Origin: Myxococcota bacterium
GTDB lineage: Bacteria > Myxococcota_A > Polyangia > Nannocystales > Nannocystaceae
Direction of reading: 5' to 3'
DNA length: 64,000 nt
Assembly (NCBI GenBank): GCA_039028615.1
Contig: JBCCHT010000004.1
Span: 192,001-256,000 of the forward strand
The position numbers and the translations under genes are program-made. Shown here in pieces: positions 56,931-64,000 of this stretch (its first letter is position 1; each line of letters starts with the position of its first letter). Below the pieces are notes generated by a model. It was not told the DNA's origin, searched no databases, and saw only the letters and a list, made by a program, of their open reading frames with translations.

Positions 56931-58298
56931 GTGAGGCGCAAGACCATCGTAGGTCTCGGCCGAGCCCCGCTGAGCGTCGTTGGTTGGACGCTGGTCGGGC
57001 TCGTCGGGAGCGGCTGCCAAGACCTCCCCACGGAGGCCCAAGGAACGGGCGGCGACACGGGTTCCGCGACCGAGCCGATGGCCACGACGGTCGACGAGAG
57101 CATGCTCGCCGACACCACCGCGACCGGCACCGACAGTTCCGCAGGAGCCGGTGAGAGCACGAGCACCACCTCGCCGGGCACGACCACCGAGGACGACGCG
57201 AGCGACTCCAGCAGCGAGACGACCGCGGCCCCCGAGCCCTTGTGCGGAGACGGCTTCGTCGTGCCCACCGAGCAGTGCCACGTGCTCGGCCCGGCCATCG
57301 AGCTCACGCCCTCCCCCGAGCGCCTCGCGATCGTCGACTTCGACGAGGACGGTGCCCTCGACCTGTTGGTCAGCAACCGCCTCTCTCCCGAAGTGCATGC
57401 CCTGTGGGGTGTGGGCACGGGTGATTTTCTCGCGCCCCAGCTGCTGGTCACCGCGAGCGCCAACGTCGAAGACCTCGTCGCGGCCGACTACAGCGGCGAC
57501 GGCACCCCCGATCTCGTGCTCACCGACACCCCGGGCCTTCGGGTCGTGTCCTACGCCGGTAGCGGCGACGGAGGGCTGTTCTTCGCCGGGCAATACCCTC
57601 TGCCGCTGGCCCCGACGCGGCTGGTCACTGGCGACATCGATGGCGACGGCACCCCCGATCTCGTCGCGGCCGGCAACACCGTCGCGACGCTCATGCGAGG
57701 CAACGGCCTCGCCGGGTTCATCCCCCAGCAAGACCTCTCCATGCCCACGGGGCCCCACTACTTGGGCCTGCCCGACCTCGACGGCAACGGCGACCTGGAC
57801 TTCGTCACCGTCAATCAGGGGCGCGGCGGCAACACGACCTGCTTTTTCAACCAAGGCACCGAGTTCGGCGAGAGCACCATCCACGACACCGCCTCGGCGC
57901 CGCGGGGCCTCGCGTGGGGCGACATCGACGAAAACGGCACGCTCGACCTGCTGGTCACCCACATCACGGGCGCCTCCGTCGGCATCCTGCTGGGCGAAGG
58001 CGCGGGTGGGATCGCGGCCCAGTCGCTGCTCATGCTCGAGGATACCGACCCCCGCTCGGTGCAGCTCGCCGACTTCGATCGCGACGGGCACCTCGACATC
58101 GTCGTCGCGCACTTCAACCCGGGCCTCGTCGTCATGCACATGGGCCTCGGTGACGGGACCTTCGTCCCCGGACCGCGCTTCGAGGTCACCACCCCCGGCG
58201 ACCTGTGGGTCGACGACCTCAACGACGACGAGGTCCCCGACGTGGTCATCATGCGACCGCTGTCCGGTGCCCTGCAGGTGCTCTACTCGCAGCCGTAG
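56931..58298 (+). CDS. FG-GAP/VCBS repeat lipoprotein
   Basis: Lipobox 'GSGC', Thr/Ser linker, about 7 'D.D.DG..DL' repeats. Start is 56892 or 56931. Confidence 0.85.
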   Translation: MRRKTIVGLGRAPLSVVGWTLVGLVGSGCQDLPTEAQGTGGDTGSATEPMATTVDESMLADTTATGTDSSAGAGESTSTTSPGTTTEDDASDSSSETTAAPEPLCGDGFVVPTEQCHVLGPAIELTPSPERLAIVDFDEDGALDLLVSNRLSPEVHALWGVGTGDFLAPQLLVTASANVEDLVAADYSGDGTPDLVLTDTPGLRVVSYAGSGDGGLFFAGQYPLPLAPTRLVTGDIDGDGTPDLVAAGNTVATLMRGNGLAGFIPQQDLSMPTGPHYLGLPDLDGNGDLDFVTVNQGRGGNTTCFFNQGTEFGESTIHDTASAPRGLAWGDIDENGTLDLLVTHITGASVGILLGEGAGGIAAQSLLMLEDTDPRSVQLADFDRDGHLDIVVAHFNPGLVVMHMGLGDGTFVPGPRFEVTTPGDLWVDDLNDDEVPDVVIMRPLSGALQVLYSQP

Positions 58299-58305
58299 TA
58301 CGCCG

Positions 58306-58725
58306 TCAGCCGTCGAGCATCGCCAACGCAGCGGCCTCGGTGATGCACTCCCGCTCGCCGGCCATCGCATAGCCATCGGGCTTGCGATCGATGAACCACT
58401 CCTTGACCAGGCTGACGCCGCTGCGGTCGTCGAGGCTGCCCAAGGTCACCGACGTCGTGCCCTGGTAGGGGCCTTCGGCCGTCAGGCGCCAGAACAGGCT
58501 GGAGCCGCAGCGGTTGCAGAACGCCCGCTGCGCCAGATCCGACGACTGGAACCAGGTCAGCGACTCCTGCCGCTCGAACTCCAGCGACTCGACGAAGACC
58601 GCGATCCACGGGCCGCCCGACCAGCGCTGGCACATCTCGCAGTGACACACGCTCGCCCGATCCGGCTTGGTGCCCCGCGCCGTGAAGGCCACGGCGCCAC
58701 ACAGACACTTCCCGCTTCGGTCCAT
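58306..58725 (-). CDS. GFA (CENP-V) family Zn protein
   Basis: 'G.CLCGAV', 'CHCEMCQR', 'R.FC..CGS'. Confidence 0.92.
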   Translation of the reverse strand: MDRSGKCLCGAVAFTARGTKPDRASVCHCEMCQRWSGGPWIAVFVESLEFERQESLTWFQSSDLAQRAFCNRCGSSLFWRLTAEGPYQGTTSVTLGSLDDRSGVSLVKEWFIDRKPDGYAMAGERECITEAAALAMLDG

Positions 58726-58874
58726 CGTTGCCCTATAGCACGGCGCGAGAACGCACCCGAACGCCCCTGCTGGCCGCAGCGAATCACCGTCGTCTTTTTT
58801 TCGAGCCGAGGCTGTAACGATTCGGCCGCTCGTGAATCAAGGGATGTGCGGGGAGAAATGGCTCGAGACAAACG

Positions 58875-59846
58875 GTGCAGGCCCTAGGATTTGACTCAGC
58901 ATTCGGCGACGAACGGTTCACTCCACCGACCGAGCACGCGCAGCTGTTCATGCCGCTGCGCCCCGCAGCGAAGACACCCGCGGCGGACCTGTCGCCGTGG
59001 CTCGTGGGCTGGGCCGAGAACGTCGGGCTCACCGAGCACGTATCGCCATCGAGCATCGTCGAGCTCCGGTTCGGCGTGCTCGTCGACGCCGCCTTCCCGC
59101 ATGCCTCCGAGGACCGACGACGGCTCGCGGCGGCCTGGATGCTGCTGCTGTGCCTGCTCGACGACTTCGCCGAGACCCACGAGGGCTCGAGCCGAACGCT
59201 GGCCGCGAGGCTCGAGTGCCTCCAGCTACGGCTCGGCGGCACCCGGCGCCTGGGCTCGAGCCCCGACGTGCTCGGCCGGGCGTGTGACCGCTTCCATCGC
59301 CTGACGACGCGAACGGGCACGATGCATCGCTTCCATCGCGAGGTGGGCACGTTGTTCGCGGCGTACGTCGAGGAGCACGCGTTCCACGGTCACCCACCCC
59401 ACACGGGACTGCAGCGCCATGTCGCGCTGCGCCGAACGACGTCGGGCGTGGCCACGGTCCAGGCGCTATTTCCGTTGATGACCGGCTACCTGTGGCCCGA
59501 ACGGCGCCGCCGAGTCCAACAGCTCGCCGAGTGGGCGAGCGACCTCATCGCGTGGAGCAACGACCTGTGGACGGCCGAGGTCGAGCGAGACACCCGGGCG
59601 CACAACCTGCTGTTCGTCCTCGAACGAGCCCACGGTCTCGAGCCGCTCTACGCCCGCCGAAGCCTGGTCTCCATGCACAACGTGTTGATGCGCCGGTTCG
59701 TGTCGCTGGTGCGGGTCCTGCTCCACAACGACCTCGAGCCCACGACGCGGGCCTTCGTCGCGATGCAGGTGGCCATGGTCCGCGCCCACTACGACTGGGC
59801 CGGGGTCACGGGTCTGTACGCAGAGCTGGCAATGGACCCGCGCTGA
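58875..59846 (+). CDS. Class I terpene synthase-like protein, divergent
   Basis: 'LDDFAE', 'RRTTSG', 'NDLWTAEVE...HNL', C-terminal 'WAGVTGLY'. Confidence 0.7.
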   Translation: MQALGFDSAFGDERFTPPTEHAQLFMPLRPAAKTPAADLSPWLVGWAENVGLTEHVSPSSIVELRFGVLVDAAFPHASEDRRRLAAAWMLLLCLLDDFAETHEGSSRTLAARLECLQLRLGGTRRLGSSPDVLGRACDRFHRLTTRTGTMHRFHREVGTLFAAYVEEHAFHGHPPHTGLQRHVALRRTTSGVATVQALFPLMTGYLWPERRRRVQQLAEWASDLIAWSNDLWTAEVERDTRAHNLLFVLERAHGLEPLYARRSLVSMHNVLMRRFVSLVRVLLHNDLEPTTRAFVAMQVAMVRAHYDWAGVTGLYAELAMDPR

Positions 59847-59850
59847 GGCC

Positions 59851-60735
59851 TCAGCCGTCGCCTTCGACCCTCGCCAGCACCCACTCCTCGAGCATCTCCA
59901 TCACGGGCGCCCGCAGCTCGGTCGGCTCGTTGTGCAGCTCGTGGTAGTAGCCGGCGAAACAGTGCAGGCTATGCCCGCGGTCGCCCGCGTCGGGGATCGA
60001 GCGAAACGCAGCAATGCCCGCCTCGTGGCTGCAGACGGTGTCGCCCGTGCCCACGTACCAGAGCATCGGCACGTCGATGCTGCCGACGTCCGCCTTCACC
60101 CGCTCGGCCGCGCGCTGCATGGCGCCGAACCACCCCGCGGTCACCACCCCGACCCGGCGCGGGTCCTTGCGGTAGCGCTCGACCTCGGCCGGGTCGCGAC
60201 AGATGGCCTCCTCGGGGATCCCGGTGGGCAGGCTCAGGCCGGGGGCCAAGCGAGAGGCGACGTTGCCGACCCAGCGCTTGACCGGGTTGACCTTCACCGC
60301 GACCTCGATGAGCGGGCTGCTGATCATCGCCCCCGCCAGCGGAATCGCCTTGGCGTGGTCGAGCAGGTAGGTCAGCGAGATGAGCCCCCCCATGCTGTGC
60401 CCGAACAGAAACCAGGGGATCTCGCCCGGCCGCTGCTCGGCGGGCAGCGACTCGGCGTAGGTCTCGATGACCCGCCGGAGGTCCCGCGCGTAGTCCTCGA
60501 AGGCGTCGACATGGCCGCGGCGGCCCCCCGAGTGGCCCTGCCCGCGGTGATCGAGGCCGAAGCACCGGGCCCCCAGGGCACCGAAGATCTTGGCGAGCCG
60601 ATCGTAGCGCCCGATGTGCTCGGCGCCCCCGTGCACGATCACCACGACGAAACGCGGCTCGTTCTTCGGCTCCCAACCCTCGACTCGCAGGGTCGTACCG
60701 TCCGCCGCCTCGATCGTGCGCTCGTGATGGTTCAC
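59851..60735 (-). CDS. Lysophospholipase / monoacylglycerol lipase family hydrolase
   Basis: 'VHG.AEH.GRY', 'DHRGQG.S.GRRG', 'GHSMGG', 'YHELHNE'. Confidence 0.92.
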   Translation of the reverse strand: MNHHERTIEAADGTTLRVEGWEPKNEPRFVVVIVHGGAEHIGRYDRLAKIFGALGARCFGLDHRGQGHSGGRRGHVDAFEDYARDLRRVIETYAESLPAEQRPGEIPWFLFGHSMGGLISLTYLLDHAKAIPLAGAMISSPLIEVAVKVNPVKRWVGNVASRLAPGLSLPTGIPEEAICRDPAEVERYRKDPRRVGVVTAGWFGAMQRAAERVKADVGSIDVPMLWYVGTGDTVCSHEAGIAAFRSIPDAGDRGHSLHCFAGYYHELHNEPTELRAPVMEMLEEWVLARVEGDG

Positions 60736-60828
60736 GCCCGGGATTAGAGCGCACGAGCGGCCATGAAGGAAGGGCGAGCCTCGATCCCGAGACTCGCCCT
60801 ACTCTTGCGCCATGAACCTCGATGGCGC

Positions 60829-62118
60829 TTAGAACATCTCGCGGACCCAGCTGGTGAAGCGACGCGCCAGCCCCGGCCCTTCGTCACGGGGACGCATGCC
60901 GCCGCCGACACGCGGCGCGGCCTCGATGGGCATGGGGTCGTGAGTGGCTCCGTAGAGCACCAGACCGACGCCGGTCGAGAACTTGGGGTCCTGAATCATC
61001 CCGGCGAAACCGCCTTCGGTGAGTCGAATCTTCTGACGCCCGGCGGTCGCGGTGGCCACCCCGGTGGGCACGCCCTTGCGAACCGGCATCTGGAAGATGT
61101 CCTCGGCGATCTCCAGCATGCCCTCCATCTGCGAGGCGCCACCGGTGAGCACGAGGCCGCTGGCGGCCAATTCGGCGCACCCGCTCGCGAGCAGCTCCTG
61201 CTGAGCGAGCAGGAAGATCTCCTCGACCCGCGGCTCGATGACCTCGGCCAGGAAGCGACGCTTGAACTCGCGGGGCGGACGGGGACCGACGCCGGGCACG
61301 GCGATCTGGTCGTCCCCCTCGATCATGCTGATGAGGGCACAGCCGTGCTTGCGCTTGATCTGCTCCGCCTCGGCGACCGAGGTCCGCAGCCCATGGGCCA
61401 CGTCCTGGGTGATGCGATGCCCGCCCATGACGATGACCGAGGTGAAGACGTTGCTGCCCTCGCTATAGACGGCCACGTCGGTGGTGCCGCCGCCGATGTC
61501 GATGAGCGCGACCCCGAGGTCCTTCTCGTCGTCGTGCAGCACCGCGGTGGAAGACGCGATGGGCTCGAGCACGACCTCGATGACCTCGAGCCCTGCCCGG
61601 TTGCAGCACTTGATGATGTTCTGGACCGAGGTGACCGCCGCCGTGATGACGTGGGCGCGGACCTCCATGCGCACCCCGTTCATGCCGATGGGGTCGCGGA
61701 TCTGGCCCTGGCCGTCGATCATGTACTCGAGCGGCACGGTGTGGATGATCTGGCGATCGAGCGGAATATTGACCGCCTTGGCCTGCTCGATGACGCGGGC
61801 GACGTCGGTCTCTTCGACCTCGCGCGAGCGCATGCTGACCTGCCCCAGGCTGTTGAAGCCTCGGACATGACCGCCCGCGATGCCCACGAACACCGACTGC
61901 ACGTCGGCCGCCGCCATCTGCTCGGCCTCCTGAACCGCCTGCGCAATCGAGTTGGTCGTGGCCTCGATATTGACCACCACGCCCTGCCGTAGCCCCTCTG
62001 AAGGGCTGGTGCCGACGCCCAAGATCTCGATGCCCGCCTCGGTCACCTCCCCGATGAGGGCGGCGATCTTGGTGGTCCCGATGTCCAAGCCGCAGATGAT
62101 CTCTCCCACCTCTGCCAT
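60829..62118 (-). CDS. ftsA: Cell division protein FtsA
   Basis: 'GLDIGTTKI', 'GVVVNIE', 'DIGGGTTD', 'AEQIK', 'VLTGGASQ'. Confidence 0.97.
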   Translation of the reverse strand: MAEVGEIICGLDIGTTKIAALIGEVTEAGIEILGVGTSPSEGLRQGVVVNIEATTNSIAQAVQEAEQMAAADVQSVFVGIAGGHVRGFNSLGQVSMRSREVEETDVARVIEQAKAVNIPLDRQIIHTVPLEYMIDGQGQIRDPIGMNGVRMEVRAHVITAAVTSVQNIIKCCNRAGLEVIEVVLEPIASSTAVLHDDEKDLGVALIDIGGGTTDVAVYSEGSNVFTSVIVMGGHRITQDVAHGLRTSVAEAEQIKRKHGCALISMIEGDDQIAVPGVGPRPPREFKRRFLAEVIEPRVEEIFLLAQQELLASGCAELAASGLVLTGGASQMEGMLEIAEDIFQMPVRKGVPTGVATATAGRQKIRLTEGGFAGMIQDPKFSTGVGLVLYGATHDPMPIEAAPRVGGGMRPRDEGPGLARRFTSWVREMF

Positions 62119-62151
62119 GATCGTCTCCGCTGTCGCTTTCCGTCGGGCGGC

Positions 62152-63270
62152 CTAGTGGTACCGGGGCAGCTTGCCCTTGACCTTGCCTTTGCCCTTGTTC
62201 TTCTTGGATTTGTTCTTGCCCGCGTTGGCCTGTAGCTCGGCCTTGCGTGCAGCCTCGGCCGCCCGATCGGCGGCCCGTGCCTCGGCCTCCACCACCAACG
62301 AGGGGGCTTCCTTGGCCGGGAAGAAGCTGGCCACGATGCGATCGGGTCGCCCCGGGGCTCGGCTTCCGTCGAGATGAATCAGTGCGAGCTTCTCCGCCTC
62401 TTCACCGAGGGCGGCTCGCAGCGCGTCGTAGCGAGCGAGCGCAGGCTCGACGTCGCCGCGACCCAGTCGCAGCTGCGTGCCCATCTCCGCGGTGTAGAGC
62501 GTCAGCTCGCCGGTCTCTCCGACGTGCAGCTCCGACAGTCGCGGGCGTCGCTTGTCTTGGTACGCGCCCAGTGCCTCGAGCCCCTCCATCACGCGCTCGT
62601 GCATGAGCTCGGGCCGAGAGAAGAGGCCGGAGTCGTCGAAGCCGGTGAGCACGGGAAGTCGCCCCCGCTCGCCAGCCTCGAGAGCCTTGAAGGACACCCC
62701 CTCGTCGTCGACGAGGACCAGACGCCCCGCGGCGAGCAACACCGCGACCGGCTCGTGCTCTTCCACGGTGACCGACAGGCTGTCCGGCAACACCCGCACC
62801 ACGGACGCCTTGGCCACCCAAGGGTCGGCCGCAATCCGAGACGCGACCTCGTCGAGGTCGAGCGAGAGGATGTTGGTGCCCGGCGACAGAGCCATCAGCT
62901 CACGCAACCGGGCGTCATCGATGTGTGGGGTCGGCTCGTAGGTGAGCCCCCGAACCTCGAAGCGAGGCGAAGTCGTCGCGTACGCGTAGCCCTCTTTGAC
63001 CCCCACCAGCAGGCCCCAGGCGAGGGTCCCGACGATCCCCAAACGCAGGCTCACGCCCGCGATCCGACGGGGCCAGCTCGGGCCACGGGGGGTCGCCTCA
63101 GTGCGACGGGCCTTGCGCAGGGCCGCCGCAGAGCCCCGATCGGCCTTCGTTTCGGCCTTGGAGCTGCTGGGCTTCCGCCGGGCGCCCGTGGTCTGGCGAC
63201 GACGGTTCCCACGTCGGGCCGGACCGGTTCGGCGCTTGGTCAGGCGGGCAGCTAGGCGACTGATCTGCAC
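62152..63270 (-). CDS. ftsQ: Cell division protein FtsQ
   Basis: Basic N-tail, TM and POTRA 'NILSLDL......DPWV..ASV.R.LPD.L.V.VEE..P'. Directly upstream of ftsA. Start is uncertain. Confidence 0.85.
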   Translation of the reverse strand: MQISRLAARLTKRRTGPARRGNRRRQTTGARRKPSSSKAETKADRGSAAALRKARRTEATPRGPSWPRRIAGVSLRLGIVGTLAWGLLVGVKEGYAYATTSPRFEVRGLTYEPTPHIDDARLRELMALSPGTNILSLDLDEVASRIAADPWVAKASVVRVLPDSLSVTVEEHEPVAVLLAAGRLVLVDDEGVSFKALEAGERGRLPVLTGFDDSGLFSRPELMHERVMEGLEALGAYQDKRRPRLSELHVGETGELTLYTAEMGTQLRLGRGDVEPALARYDALRAALGEEAEKLALIHLDGSRAPGRPDRIVASFFPAKEAPSLVVEAEARAADRAAEAARKAELQANAGKNKSKKNKGKGKVKGKLPRYH

Positions 63271-63436
63271 TGGAATTCGCGTCCTAAGCCCCGTTTGGAG
63301 GCCGATTTCGGGAATAACGCCCTCGGCTCGACAACGCAAAAAATCACCAAGCACGAGACCTCGTCCGGCGATTTTGGGGTGGTCGCAGGCCCAGCGAGAT
63401 CCACTCGTAGATCTCGGTCCAAACCCGGCCGCACGA

Positions 63437-63460
63437 AATTCGGCCGAATTCGGCCGAATT
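63437..63460. repeat. Perfect 24-bp palindrome / 10-bp tandem repeat AATTCGGCCGAATTCGGCCGAATT
   Basis: Read directly; self-complementary. Confidence 0.9.
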
Positions 63461-63464
63461 GGGC

Positions 63465-63492
63465 TTGCCACGAGATCGCACTCGCCTACAAT
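63465..63492 (+). promoter_or_regulatory. Sigma70-type promoter for the histone gene
   Basis: TTGCCA-N16-TACAAT about 70 bp upstream of the ATG. Confidence 0.6.
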
Positions 63493-63563
63493 CGCGAGCG
63501 CGGCGCCCTAGAGTGCCGATCTCGACCGTTACCGAACCCAAGCTGTTCCGCGAGGAAAACCCC

Positions 63564-63773
63564 ATGGCGAAATCGAAGAAAACCGCGAAGAAGAAGGCCC
63601 GTGAAGTTGTTGTCGTTGGCTCGAAGGTCAAGGACGTGATCCGTAACGCTGGCTTGCGCAGCGACGGAGAGCTCGTCCAGGCCGTGTCCGACAAGGTTCA
63701 CGATCTACTCGAGGCGGCCATTGCCCGCGCCCAGTCCAACAAGCGCGGCACCGTTCGTCCCTACGACCTGTAG
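63564..63773 (+). CDS. Bacterial histone-fold protein (Bd0055/HBb-like) with a Lys-rich N-tail
   Basis: GAGGA ribosome-binding site, 69 aa. 'EVVVVGSKVKDVIR...A..RA.SNKRGTVRPYDL' matches the histone R-x-T-V-x-x-x-D L2/alpha3 signature. Confidence 0.85.
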   Translation: MAKSKKTAKKKAREVVVVGSKVKDVIRNAGLRSDGELVQAVSDKVHDLLEAAIARAQSNKRGTVRPYDL

Positions 63774-63802
63774 TCGACGATCGGCCTAAAGGCCAATCGA
63801 GG

Positions 63803-63840
63803 AAGGCGGCATCCCCAACCGGGGAGCCGCCTTTCTCTCG
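63803..63840 (+). terminator. Intrinsic terminator after the histone gene
   Basis: AAGGCGGC-A-TCCCC/GGGGA-GCCGCCTT stem with a pyrimidine tail. Confidence 0.7.
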
Positions 63841-64000
63841 TTCGAAGACCGGTTCGATCTAGCGACCGTAGCCGTCTTCGCCCCGGCGCCGCAGGAAGGC
63901 GGGAATCTCCGAGGGATCGGGAGCAGCACCATCGCCTCGGCTCCATCCGGCATGCGAGGCCGAAGCGGAGGGTCGACGACCGGTGGTGCTCATCGTGGCC

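Noticed and set aside
63459..63563. 35-aa N-terminal extension of the histone ORF in the supplied track
   Set aside because: It spans the predicted promoter, whereas ATG 63564 has a GAGGA RBS.
63845..63930. tRNA or SRP RNA after the histone gene (GGTTCGA, GCAGGAAG)
   Set aside because: No cloverleaf or SRP domain IV pairing could be built.

Overview
This is a GC-rich, densely coding chromosomal segment of about 53 CDS. MYXO-CTERM, DUF4215-type Cys repeats and many lipoproteins suggest a myxobacterium (Myxococcota, possibly Nannocystaceae-like); this is an inference. Housekeeping genes are topA, mutY, murC, ftsA, ftsQ, pssA, acyP and a BolA-family gene, and the rest is mostly envelope and secreted proteins. 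I recognised no rRNA, tRNA, CRISPR array or mobile element. The main observation is a candidate chromatin toolkit: a Bd0055/HBb-type bacterial histone with a Lys-rich N-terminal tail, its own promoter and a 10-bp-phased AATT palindrome, divergent from ftsQA; a protein combining a 28-Glu tract, ten (AASKKK) H1-like repeats and a winged helix; and a TopA with an N-terminal H1-like Lys repeat. Also notable are a cytochrome c-DUF5777 barrel fusion paired with a lipoprotein carrying CX4CH and contracted CXCH motifs, a reverse-order ACAD-kinase fusion, a cupin with three PspA-like C-terminal motifs, an ABC permease with a TonB/TolA-like loop and a fragmented dcw cluster. All family calls come from motif recognition by eye, not from database searches.
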